The notes beneath the pieces were generated by a model, which did not search any database, had not been told where the DNA came from, and saw nothing but the letters and a program-made list of their open reading frames with translations. A stretch of DNA of 61,526 bases, the filler included, from Coriobacteriales bacterium (GTDB lineage: Bacteria; Actinomycetota; Coriobacteriia; Coriobacteriales; UBA8131), in assembly GCA_031263105.1 (NCBI GenBank). It is 4 parts of 4 records of this genome, joined end to end, with 100 filler letters (N's around TTAATTAATTAA, not from the genome) between each part and the next. Parts side by side here need not be neighbours in the genome. Positions count along the whole stretch, not along the records: positions 39,424 to 57,085 come from JAISGJ010000183.1; positions 57,186 to 61,526 come from JAISGJ010000097.1; 2 more parts are not named here. One strand, given 5' to 3'. Positions 46,855 to 59,497 of this stretch are shown here, piece after piece. Positions within the stretch are counted from its first letter, which is position 1, and every line of letters starts with the position of its first letter. Made by a program: the position numbers and the translations under genes.

Positions 46855-47092
46855 GGTCGTGGTTCCTTTCTGAGTGGGCCGAGTATGTTGGGCAAAGCCG
46901 GTGGTCATAAAGAAACGCATGTGGGGAGCAAAGCGGCAACGGGCGCCCCCTCGGGATGCGAGGGGCGGCAGGCGACGACATCAGGCGAAGGCCATCTTGA
47001 GCAGGGAGTCATCGAAGGGCACGGTCGAAAGCAAGGGGAGGAGGGTATTGCGTTGTAGGGAGGTCTGCGTATCTGCTCGCGATGGGAACGAC

Positions 47093-47125
47093 AAAAGACG
47101 CCGCAACCGCTAGGGTCGAAGGCGT
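47093..47125 (-). terminator. Candidate attenuator terminator in the metY leader
   Basis: Minus strand ACGCC-TT-CGACC-CTAGC-GGTTG-C-GGCGT then CTTTT. Confidence 0.55.
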
Positions 47126-47187
47126 TAGCGGGGCATTCGCCCGCTCATGGTGCCAAGCACCTGAGATTGTCCGAAAGCGACGGTCAC
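47125..47187 (-). CDS. Candidate 20-aa leader peptide with two internal Met codons
   Basis: GAGGAG then GTG; MTVAFGQSQVLGTMSGRMPR; stop overlaps alternative hairpins. Confidence 0.45.
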   Translation of the reverse strand: MTVAFGQSQVLGTMSGRMPR

Positions 47188-47225
47188 ATGACTCCTCGAT
47201 ACGCAACGAAATAGGAACAGGACCA

Positions 47226-47255
47226 ATCTTATCGGTTCACCAGTATTCCTGTCAA
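47226..47255 (-). promoter_or_regulatory. SigA-type promoter for the metY leader
   Basis: TTGACA-18 nt-TAAGAT on the minus strand. Confidence 0.65.
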
Positions 47256-47321
47256 GCCCCGAATTTCACCGCGACGGGCGGCTGCGACGGGCGGCTGCGA
47301 CGGGCGGCTGCCACAGGAAGG

Positions 47322-47520
47322 GTTACTGCCCACACCCCACTGTCATCCCGGGCCCCACTGTCATCCCGAGCCCCACTGTCATCCCGAGCCTGTCGAGGGA
47401 TCCTCGACCGCGCCAGCGGGCGACCGCAGGCCGAAGGGCCCGCTGACCTGCCGTTGGACACTGCGTGTCCAAAGATTCCTCGGCGAGCCTCGGAATGACA
47501 GTGGGGGCGTGAACTGTAAC
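47322..47520. mobile_element. MITE-like palindromic element
   Basis: GTTACTGCCCAC...GTGAACTGTAAC; perfect 8-bp flanking repeat CAGGAAGG. Confidence 0.9.
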
Positions 47521-47714
47521 CAGGAAGGGGGCGGGACAGAAGCGCGGCGTGTGGCGGACGTTTGTGCGACAGACTGGTATAATGCCCAAGAGACGACAGA
47601 CGGCGCTCCGTGGCAGCGCGGAGCGCCGTGACAGCACATCGGCATCGGGCGGCACAGCGGCATCGGGCGGCACAGCGGCATATGGCAGTACACCGACATT
47701 GGGAGTACGTTTCT

Positions 47715-51386
<3,672 letters not shown>

Positions 51387-51404
51387 GCGGCAGGCGAGCG
51401 ACCG

Positions 51405-52418
51405 GTGAGCGACCGCGCCCCGCTTCCGCCGCCGCCGGCAGCGCTGCGTGCACCGCTGCTGCTGCTGGGCGCACTGCTGCTGCTGCTGCTGGGCGTGCCG
51501 CTCCTCTCCTCCTGCACCGCAGGCGGCGGCATCGGCGGCGGGGAGCTGAGCAGCGCGGTCCCGGCAGACAGCGAGATGCGCGCCAATCCCGGCAGCCCCC
51601 GCGACAGCACCCCCCAGGTGCTCGTCGCCGAGCAGCCCGGCACGGCGGTCGCGTCCAACGAGAAGGCGGTGCTCGACTACTCGAACGCGGCAAGCGGCTA
51701 TGTCTGCGCGATGTCCCTCCTCGACGGGGCGAAGGTGAAGGTGCTGGTGGACAGCCCCACCGGCGAGAGGTACCAGTACGTCCTCGCAACGACAGGCGAC
51801 TACCTCACCGTCCCTTTGAGCCGAGGCAGCGGCACCTATACCGTCGGCATCTACGAGAACCTGTACGACGAGCAGTACACGCCGCTCCTTGTGCAGGACG
51901 TCGCTGCCGAGGCCGTCGACGAGTTCGCCCCCTTCCTGTATCCCAACCAGTTCGTCGAGTTCGCCTCCGGCGACCAAACGGTCGAGCTCAGCCAGGAGCT
52001 GGCGGCCAACGCCACGAGCGACGTCGAGGCGGTCGACCAGATATACCTTCATGTGGTGCAGAACTTCAACTATGATTACGACAAGGCAGACTCGGTGGCA
52101 CCCGGCTACCTGCCCCGCAACGACGACACGCTCGCGTCGGGGACGGGCATCTGCCTCGATTTCGCCGCCCTCACCGCGTCGTTGATGCGGGCGCAGCGCC
52201 TGCCGACCAGGCTCGACGTCGGCTACTGCGGCCAGGCGTACCATGCGTGGATCGAGGTCTACACCGCCGAAAAGGGGTGGATACGCAAGAAGATCGAGTT
52301 CGCAGGAGACTCCTGGGTGCTCATGGACCCGACCTTCGACTCCGCCTCCAAAGGAACCGGCGACATCGAGCGGCTTATCGGCGACGGCAAGAACTACCAG
52401 CCGATACTCTTGTACTGA
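51405..52418 (+). CDS. Transglutaminase-like lipoprotein
   Basis: Lipobox LLSSC; GICLDFA (Cys), YHAWIEV (His), WVLMDPT (Asp). Confidence 0.9.
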   Translation: MSDRAPLPPPPAALRAPLLLLGALLLLLLGVPLLSSCTAGGGIGGGELSSAVPADSEMRANPGSPRDSTPQVLVAEQPGTAVASNEKAVLDYSNAASGYVCAMSLLDGAKVKVLVDSPTGERYQYVLATTGDYLTVPLSRGSGTYTVGIYENLYDEQYTPLLVQDVAAEAVDEFAPFLYPNQFVEFASGDQTVELSQELAANATSDVEAVDQIYLHVVQNFNYDYDKADSVAPGYLPRNDDTLASGTGICLDFAALTASLMRAQRLPTRLDVGYCGQAYHAWIEVYTAEKGWIRKKIEFAGDSWVLMDPTFDSASKGTGDIERLIGDGKNYQPILLY

Positions 52419-52426
52419 GCAGGGCT

Positions 52427-52461
52427 ACGGGGCAAACCGACCGGAAGATGGTATGCAATGA
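52427..52461 (+). repeat. 35-bp intergenic motif, copy 1
   Basis: ACGGGGCAAACCGACCGGAAGATGGTATGCAATGA; 31/35 identical to 54638-54672. Confidence 0.8.
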
Positions 52462-53525
52462 CCGACAAACGTCCCCCTGACGCTGTCAGGCAGAAGGAGC
52501 TGGCCCCCTCGGAGCTGAGCCTCCTCTTCTCCAACCTCGAGCTCGTCTACCGCTCCGGGCTCACGCCGGCGGAGGGCTTCGACATCCTCGGGCAGAGCGC
52601 GCGCGACGCCGCGTCCAAGGACTGGCTGGGACGGCTGCACGACTCCTCCGTCTCGGGCCTGCCGTTGACGGAGTCGTTCGAGAGGGCGGGGGGCGTCCCC
52701 GCGTATGCCCTGTCGCTTCTGCGCATAGGGGAGGAGACCGGCCGGCTGGAGGACACCTGCCGCAGCCTGCGCGAGTACTACGACAGGCGCGACGAGCTTG
52801 CCCAGGCCCTGCGCGCGGCCCTCGTCTATCCCTCGACGATGGCCCTGATGGTGTTCGCGGTGGTCGTCATCTTGCTCACCCAGGCGATGCCGGTGTTCGA
52901 CCAGGTGTTCAGCCAGCTGGGCTTCGAGCTCACGGGCATCGCCGCCGGCCTGCTCGATGCCGGACGGGCGCTGCGCTCCTCGGCCCTCCTCCTTTCCGGC
53001 CTGCTGGCGGCCCTGGTCGTCGCCGTGCTCGTCGTCCGCGCTGCCCCGCCGGGCAGGCGTCTGCTCCACGCGCTCTACGAGCACGCGCCCTTCACGAGGG
53101 GCATCTCGTTCAAGATGGCGCTCCAGCACTTCTGCGTCGCGATGGCCACCATGCTCGGGAGCGGCCTGGGCGCGGATGCTGCGCTGGGGCTCGTCCTGCC
53201 GCTTGTCGGGGATGCGAGGGCCAGGGAGAAGGTGCGCCAGGTCCGCAGGGGCGTGGATGCGGGCGGAGGCCTTCGCGCCACGCTGGAGGAGAGCGGCCTG
53301 TTTACCCCCGAGGAGATGTCCGTGCTGGCGATCGGCTTCCGCACAGGCTCCGACGCGCAGGCCTTCGACCAGGTGGGCGCCTCGCTCGCCGCGACGACCG
53401 AGCGCAGGCTCGGCCGGCTCGTCGGCGCCATCGAGCCGGCCCTGGTCGGGGTCATGTGCGTGCTGGTGGGCATCATCCTGCTCTCGGTCATGCTGCCCCT
53501 GCTGGGCGCCCTGAGCACGGTCTAG
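52458..53525 (+). CDS. Type II secretion F / PilC-like platform protein
   Basis: Two T2SSF repeats: IGEETGRLE, ALVYP, MPVF, IEPALV..MCVLVGIILLSVMLP. Confidence 0.92.
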   Translation: MTDKRPPDAVRQKELAPSELSLLFSNLELVYRSGLTPAEGFDILGQSARDAASKDWLGRLHDSSVSGLPLTESFERAGGVPAYALSLLRIGEETGRLEDTCRSLREYYDRRDELAQALRAALVYPSTMALMVFAVVVILLTQAMPVFDQVFSQLGFELTGIAAGLLDAGRALRSSALLLSGLLAALVVAVLVVRAAPPGRRLLHALYEHAPFTRGISFKMALQHFCVAMATMLGSGLGADAALGLVLPLVGDARAREKVRQVRRGVDAGGGLRATLEESGLFTPEEMSVLAIGFRTGSDAQAFDQVGASLAATTERRLGRLVGAIEPALVGVMCVLVGIILLSVMLPLLGALSTV

Positions 53526-53531
53526 GCTACC

Positions 53532-53945
53532 GTGGACGCAACAGGGCACAGGCCGCCCATCCTTCGCATCCTGACGTCAAGGGTCGTCTGGTCCCTTGTG
53601 TTCGTGGCGCTCGTCTCGTTCCTTGTCGTGGCGGGCAGCGGAGGGCTGTCCGCCACGGTCACGGAGCGGCAGGCGCAGTTCGTCGCGGACAGCGTGCGGC
53701 GCAGCGCGGTCCAGTGCTACGCCGTCGAGGGGCGCTTCCCTCAGACGGTGGGAGGCGTGGCCTATCTCAGGGACACCTACGGGCTCTCCGTCGACGAGGG
53801 GCGTTACGCGGTCTACTACGAGTGGCTGGGGGACAACCTCGTCCCGCAGATCAAGGTCGTCCCCGTCCCGCAGGACGCGCCCCTCCGTGCCATCGCGGAC
53901 CTCCTCGGCCTGTCCGGGCCGCAGGAAGGAGGCGACGGGCAATGA
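53532..53945 (+). CDS. Small pilin/pseudopilin-like protein
   Basis: N-terminal TM then long helix and AVQCYAVEGRFP, resembling the GspG-type post-helix motif. Confidence 0.7.
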   Translation: MDATGHRPPILRILTSRVVWSLVFVALVSFLVVAGSGGLSATVTERQAQFVADSVRRSAVQCYAVEGRFPQTVGGVAYLRDTYGLSVDEGRYAVYYEWLGDNLVPQIKVVPVPQDAPLRAIADLLGLSGPQEGGDGQ

Positions 53946-54019
53946 CCGGTCGTCGCATCCTTTGGAAGCGCCGATTGATCGGCGCTTCCCTGATATGTCC
54001 AGGGGAGGGGTAGGGGGCC

Positions 54020-54538
54020 ATGGCAAGACGGCATGCGCTCGACCTTGTCGCCGTGGTCGCGCTCTTCTTCGTCTACGCGGTCTGTGCGCTGCTCCTCTGC
54101 GTCATCGGCGCGGAGGTCTATCGCGGCACGGCCCAGACCATGCAGCAGAACTTCGACCAGCGCACCGGCGTCCTGTACGTCGCGGAGAAGATACGCCAGA
54201 ACGACCTCGCGGGCGCCGTGCGCACGGGCAGCGTCGGGGGCGCCGACGCCCTGGTGCTCGTCGAGCAGCGGTCGGGACGCAACTTCGAGACTTGGCTCTT
54301 CGTCAGCGACCAGGTGCTCTATGAGGGGCTGTTCGCGCCGGGTGACCCCGTGGACGTCAGGCTGTGCCAGGCCATCATGCCCATGGCGGGCCTCACGCTG
54401 GAAGAGGGCGAGGCGACGGGCGGCGGCAGTGGCGGCGACGGCGACGGCGGGAGCACGCGGCTCGTCAACGCCACGTTCCACACGGTCGAGGGCCGCTCGT
54501 CCCCCTTGGTCTTCTGCCTGCGCTCAGGGAGGCGATGA
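54020..54538 (+). CDS. DUF4860-like pilin-like protein
   Basis: N-terminal TM; GAEVY, RTGVLYVAEKIRQND, ETWLFV...LYE pattern. Confidence 0.78.
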   Translation: MARRHALDLVAVVALFFVYAVCALLLCVIGAEVYRGTAQTMQQNFDQRTGVLYVAEKIRQNDLAGAVRTGSVGGADALVLVEQRSGRNFETWLFVSDQVLYEGLFAPGDPVDVRLCQAIMPMAGLTLEEGEATGGGSGGDGDGGSTRLVNATFHTVEGRSSPLVFCLRSGRR

Positions 54539-54637
54539 CTGATGCCTGTATGCCGGATTCCGAGCCGATTTGCCCCGTCCCTGTTCGGGCGGGCGTCGGC
54601 CCTACTTGTGGTAATGCCGTCGTCCGCACGGGCGGGG

Positions 54638-54672
54638 ACGGGGCAAATCAGCCGGAAGACGGTATGCAATGA
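54638..54672 (+). repeat. 35-bp intergenic motif, copy 2
   Basis: ACGGGGCAAATCAGCCGGAAGACGGTATGCAATGA. Confidence 0.8.
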
Positions 54673-54704
54673 TTAGCCATCGCCTCCCGAAGGAGCGATG
54701 ACCG

Positions 54705-55214
54705 ATGGCCCTGCGCGCCCCTTCCGCCTCCTCCGCAGCGTCCGCCCCTGCGACGGCCGCCCCTGCCCCTGCCTCGCAGGCCGCCCCTGCCGCCAGCATC
54801 ACCCGGGTCCTGTTCCTCGAGATCGTCTTGGACCTGGTCATATTCGTCCTGTGCGCGGTCATATGCCTCCAGGTCTTTGCGACCGCCCACGTGGAGAGCG
54901 CCCGCAGCAGCGCCTTGTCACAGCTGGGCATCGAGGCACAGAGGATGGCCGAGCTCTTCAAGGAGGAGAGGGGCGGCCTCGACGCCTTGGCCTCCTTGCC
55001 CGCCGCCGAGCGTGAGGGCGACATGCTGAGCTGGCACTACGACAAGGACCTCCTGCCGGTGACGGGCGCAGACGAGGCGTACTTCACCCTGAGATGTGCC
55101 GTCGATGGGTCCCAGCCGGTCGCCCAGGCGCTCATCACCTTGACCGAGGGGACGGAGCAGCTGTTCGCATACGATGTGAGGAGCTATCGCGGCGTGGCAG
55201 GGGAGGGGCCATGA
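54705..55214 (+). CDS. Minor-pilin-like protein
   Basis: AGGAG RBS; LFLEIVLDLVIFVLCAVICLQVF pilin-like helix with early Glu. Confidence 0.7.
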   Translation: MALRAPSASSAASAPATAAPAPASQAAPAASITRVLFLEIVLDLVIFVLCAVICLQVFATAHVESARSSALSQLGIEAQRMAELFKEERGGLDALASLPAAEREGDMLSWHYDKDLLPVTGADEAYFTLRCAVDGSQPVAQALITLTEGTEQLFAYDVRSYRGVAGEGP

Positions 55215-55630
55215 GCAGGCGCAACGCATCCCGCTCGGCCATAGGGGTGGGGCTTTCGACGCTGGTGACCGTCATGGTCGCGGTGCTGCTCACCACCTTC
55301 TCCGTGCTTGCGCTCGCCCAGGCCCGTGCCGACCTGCGCCTATCGGAGAAGGTGGCCGCCTCGACGCAGGGCTATTATGCGGCGGACGGCCAGGCGGAGC
55401 ACTGGCTGGCACGCCTCGATGCCGTCGTGCAGGATGCGCCGGACGACCCCGCCGCAGGGCTGGTCGCGGCCGGCTACGATGCCGCCGTGTCCCAGGAGGG
55501 GCGGGCGGTGGTCTCCGAGGCCTTCCCCATCGACGAACGGCGCGTCCTTGTGGTCGAAGTGGCAGTGGACAGGGCGGGAAGAATCGATATACTCAGATGG
55601 CAGTCCACCTCAAGCCCCGCCCCGGAGTAG
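55211..55630 (+). CDS. PilX-like minor-pilin-like protein
   Basis: ATGA overlap; GLSTLVTVMVAVLLTTFSVLAL...ADLRLS...YYAAD. Confidence 0.7.
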   Translation: MSRRNASRSAIGVGLSTLVTVMVAVLLTTFSVLALAQARADLRLSEKVAASTQGYYAADGQAEHWLARLDAVVQDAPDDPAAGLVAAGYDAAVSQEGRAVVSEAFPIDERRVLVVEVAVDRAGRIDILRWQSTSSPAPE

Positions 55631-55737
55631 CGGGGCAGCGAGGCCGCAGCGAGGCCTGTGCCGGGGCGGCCGAGGACGACGAGGCCGACGAGGCGCTGCG
55701 GAGCGACTGACGGGAACCGGTGCGAGAAAGGCAGGGC

Positions 55738-56799
55738 ATGGACACGGAGCAATTGCTTACCGAGCTGGTACGCAGGGATGTCGCCGACATCTTCATCATC
55801 ACGGGCAAGCCTCTGAGCTACAAGAAGGGGAAGGTCATCAGCGCATACGGCGCAGACCCCCTGCTGCCCGCCGACGCACAGGGCTTCATCGAGCAGATCT
55901 ACGCGCTTGCCGACGACCGCCCGTTCGGGCAGCTTGTCGAGCGGGGCGATGACGACTTCTCGTTTGCGATAAAGGGGGTCTCGCGCTTCCGTGTCAACGC
56001 CTACCGGCAGCGGGGCACCCTTGCCGCCGTCATCCGCGTCGTGTCGTTCTCCATGCCCGACCCCGAGGCCCTCTCCATCGCGTCCGCCGTCCTCGACCTC
56101 GCCAAGCTGCGGCGCGGCCTGGCGCTCATCACGGGCCCGGCGGGCTCGGGCAAGACCACGACGCTCGCGACCGTCATCGACCGCATCAACAACACGCGCA
56201 ACGCCCATATCATCACGCTGGAGAACCCCATCGAGTACCTTCATCGCCATTCGAAGAGCCTCGTGAGCCAGCGCGAGGTCAACATCGACACCTCGTCATA
56301 TGCGATAGCGCTCAGGGCCGCCTTGCGGCAGAGCCCCGACGTCATCCTCATCGGCGAGCTGCGCGACGCAGAGACCATATCCATCGCGCTGACGGCGGCC
56401 GAGACGGGGCACCTCGTGCTCTCGACCCTCCATACCCTCGGCGCCACGAACACGGTCGACCGCCTCGTGGACTCGTTTTCCGCCGAGCAGCAGGCGCAGG
56501 TCCGCATGCAGCTCTCCATGGTGCTCCAGTCGGTGGTCTCCCAACAGCTCATCCCGACGCTCGACGGCGGCATGGTCCCCGCCTTCGAGGTCATGCACTG
56601 CAACAACGCGGTCCGCAACCTCATCCGCGAGGGGCGCACCCACCAGATCCCCGCCGTCATCGGCACCGCTTCGGAGGAGGGCATGGTGGGAATGGACGCG
56701 AGCCTGCTCAGGCTCTACCGGGAAGGAAGCATCTCCTACCAGGACATGCTCACGCACGCCCTCGCCCCCGACGCCCTCGCCAAGCAGGCCGCTTCGTGA
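55738..56799 (+). CDS. pilT: PilT/PilU family ATPase
   Basis: RFRVNAY, GPAGSGKTTT, LRQSPDVILIGELRD, AETGHLVLSTLH, AVRNLIRE. Confidence 0.95.
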   Translation: MDTEQLLTELVRRDVADIFIITGKPLSYKKGKVISAYGADPLLPADAQGFIEQIYALADDRPFGQLVERGDDDFSFAIKGVSRFRVNAYRQRGTLAAVIRVVSFSMPDPEALSIASAVLDLAKLRRGLALITGPAGSGKTTTLATVIDRINNTRNAHIITLENPIEYLHRHSKSLVSQREVNIDTSSYAIALRAALRQSPDVILIGELRDAETISIALTAAETGHLVLSTLHTLGATNTVDRLVDSFSAEQQAQVRMQLSMVLQSVVSQQLIPTLDGGMVPAFEVMHCNNAVRNLIREGRTHQIPAVIGTASEEGMVGMDASLLRLYREGSISYQDMLTHALAPDALAKQAAS

Positions 56800-56823
56800 G
56801 CAGGCGGGATCGGTGAAGGGCAG

Positions 56824-57085
56824 GTTACCGTCCACGCCCCACCGTCATCCCGAGCCCCACCGTCCACGCCCCACCGTCCACGCCCCACCGTCCACGCCCC
56901 ACCGTCATCCCGAGCCCCACCGTCATCCCGAGCCCCACCGTCATCCCGAGCCCCACTGTCATCCCGAGCCTGCCGAGGGATCTTCGACCGCACGAGCGGT
57001 CGACTGCGGCCAGAAAGCGCCTCGGCCCACGGTCGGCTGCTTCGCGTTCCGTGGGCCTGTCGGCCCGTCCTCGCTGAAAACGCGG
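56824..57085. mobile_element. MITE-like element, left part with expanded tandem subunits (contig breaks inside)
   Basis: GTTACCGTCCACGCCCCACCGTCATCCCGAGC with repeated 14- and 18-bp subunits. Confidence 0.82.
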
Positions 57086-57185
57086 NNNNNNNNNNNNNNN
57101 NNNNNNNNNNNNNNNNNNNNNNNNNNNNNTTAATTAATTAANNNNNNNNNNNNNNNNNNNNNNNNNNNNNNNNNNNNNNNNNNNN
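57086..57185. other. Artificial contig spacer
   Basis: N run with TTAATTAATTAA. Confidence 0.97.
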
Positions 57186-57346
57186 TCAAACAACAGCTGG
57201 AAGAGTACCTGAGACTGCACGGTTTCGCGTGAGAATGTTATTCCGATGTTTGTGGCGAGGCGCTTTGCCTATCAGGCGCTTTGCCACAAGCGCGGAATAA
57301 GTGAGAAGTCGGAATAATCGGAGTTATTCCGACAACGGAGTAAAAT
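57186..57346. mobile_element. Probable end of a tyrosine-recombinase element (RIT/MIC-like) inserted in abiEii
   Basis: ORF tail KQQLEEYLRLHGFA* (ends 57232); four TTATTCCG/CGGAATAA boxes including GTCGGAATAA-6 bp-TTATTCCGAC (57308-57333). Confidence 0.55.
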
Positions 57347-57547
57347 CGAGAACCGATCGATTATCCCGTAGCACTTGCTCAGGGCGGTTCCGCCCCTGAA
57401 CACGAGCGCGGGGTTGGCGGCGACGATCTCCTTGAGGGCCATGCAGACGAAGTAGTCCTTGTAGACGTATGCCTGGTCGATGCCGGTCTCCTCGGTGGTC
57501 GCCGCCACCATTTCCGACAGCGTTTTTACGTCGTCATGCAAATACAC
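57347..57547 (-). pseudogene. AbiEii nucleotidyltransferase toxin, 5' fragment
   Basis: YVYKDYFV, VFRGGTALSKCYGIIDRFS; similarity stops exactly before the expected EDID motif. Confidence 0.85.
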
Positions 57548-58160
57548 CGGCTGCCTCGCTTTCCAGGAGGCGCTTTGAGGTTTTGGCCGGGTAGTGCCGG
57601 ACACATCTCATCACGGTGCCCCTGTCAAGGCTCCCCGACAGCCGCTTCAGGTTCCCCAGTTCCCTATCGTCGAGACTGGCCAATGGGACGTTGGTCAACA
57701 GATCCAAGAACCTCAGGGCGTCTACGTTGTCCTTCGTTATCTCAGTGCGTGGGGCCCGCAGGGTTATCTTCCGCCAACCTCCGAACGGCTCAATCTCCCT
57801 GATGCGTCTGCTGGCCTTGTTGGAGGTGACCTCCAGCGTGGCCGGAACCTGCGGCGAGACGCCGGCCTCGTTTTCCAGATTGAGGCCGGAGATGTAGCCG
57901 TAGACGGCATCTCCCTCCCCTAGGTACTTCTTCTTGACCACTTTGAGCGGCAGCAGCGGCACTTTGCCCAAAATGCCCTCACGTGGGATGAAGTAAACGC
58001 CTCGGCCGAAGCGCTCCATGTTGCCCTCCTCCAATGCCGCATTGAGGCGGTTAAAGGTCGTCACTCTGGAGACATCAGGAAAGGCGGCGATGATCTCGTC
58101 GCTCAGGATCGGCTCGTCTTCACCAAAACGTTCACGCAGTATGTCTACGAAGTTTTCCAT
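57534..58160 (-). CDS. AbiEi-type antitoxin (DUF6088-like)
   Basis: N-terminal wHTH ERFGRGVYFIP; YGYISG...N..GVSPQVP; directly upstream of abiEii. Confidence 0.8.
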   Translation of the reverse strand: MENFVDILRERFGEDEPILSDEIIAAFPDVSRVTTFNRLNAALEEGNMERFGRGVYFIPREGILGKVPLLPLKVVKKKYLGEGDAVYGYISGLNLENEAGVSPQVPATLEVTSNKASRRIREIEPFGGWRKITLRAPRTEITKDNVDALRFLDLLTNVPLASLDDRELGNLKRLSGSLDRGTVMRCVRHYPAKTSKRLLESEAAGVFA

Positions 58161-58251
58161 GCGGTCAGTGTAGCAGGGTTTACTAGTTTTCACAATAGTA
58201 TTTCAATTTTATGAGTTCGCGGAAAATATCTCCTCTTTTTATCTCTACCCC

Positions 58252-59496
58252 TTGACGGGGACCCTCCGCTGCCCCAACAACCTCCTCCCCAGCCTCGATG
58301 TGGGCGCCAACCCCAAGCTCGCGACCCTCGACTGCACCCACAACCGCATCGCCGACGCGACGGCGCTCTGGGGGCTCACGGTCCGCTTCGGCGCGGGCAG
58401 CGTCCTGCCGCAGGACGTCTCGGAGCCCGCTCCGTTCTCCGTCGCATTCGACAGCCAGGGGGGCGGCAGCGTCGCGGGCCGCTCGGTCGTCCCGGGCTCG
58501 CCCGTCGGCGCCCTCCCCGTGCCCGCGCGCGCGGGCCACGCCTTCGACGGCTGGTTCACGGCGCCGGCCGGCGGTGCGCAGGTCACCGCCGCCACCGTGG
58601 TCACGGCGCACGTCACCTGGTACGCGCACTGGACGGCCGTGGCGCACACGGTGACGTTCAGGGGCTGGGACGGCAGGGCGATAGGCGCGGCGCAGGCGGT
58701 CGCCCACGGCGCGGCGGCCGCAGCCCCCAAGGCGCCCCCGCGCACGGGCCACACCTTCACAGGCTGGGACACGGGGTTCGCGAGCGTGGCGTCCGACCTC
58801 ACGGTCACCGCGCAGTACAGGGCGAACACCTACACCGTCAAGCTCGACGCGAACGGCGGCAGGGTCTCCGGCAAGGCATCCGCGTCCGTGAGGAGGGACT
58901 ACGGGCAGGCGCTCGGCACCCTCGCCAAGCCCGCCCGCTCGGGCCACGACTTCCTCGGCTGGTACACCGCCAAGGCGGGCGGCCAGAAGGCCTCCGCCAC
59001 CGCGAAGGTGACCAAGTCCGTCACCTACTACGCGCACTGGAGGGCAAACGGCCCCGTGGTCACGTTGAATGCCGCCGGCGGCAAGGTGGGCGGCGCCGCG
59101 ACCGCGAGCGTGGTCAAGGCCAAGGGCACAGCCGTCGGCAGGCTCGCGACCCCCACGCTCACAGGCTACGCCTTCCAAGGGTGGTTCACCGGCAAGGCGA
59201 AGGGCACGAAGGTCACCACCAAGACGAGGGTGAGCAAGAACGTGACCTACTGGGCGCACTGGGCCAAGGTCCACACCGTGAAGCTCAACGCCAACGGCGG
59301 CAAGGTGGGTGGGAAGGCCTCGGCATCAGTGAAAAAGACCCACAACGCCAAGCTCGGCAAGCTCGCGACCCCCAAGCGCTCAGGCTACCAGTTCCTCGGC
59401 TGGTACACGGGAAAGTCAGGCGGCAAGAAGGTGACGGCGAGCACGAAGGCCACGAAGGCCGTCACGCTCTACGCGCACTGGAAGCGGGTGCGGTAG
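58252..59496 (+). pseudogene. 5'-truncated LRR plus InlB B-repeat (Listeria-Bacteroides repeat) surface protein
   Basis: Starts mid-LRR (LRCPNNLLPSLDV..NPKLATLDC); five repeats with P.R.G..F.GW and YAHW; no RBS or signal peptide. Confidence 0.75.
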
Positions 59497-59497
59497 C

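Noticed and set aside
47149..47156. GGTGCCAA as a SAM-I riboswitch core
   Set aside because: On the wrong strand for metY, and other SAM-I elements are not present
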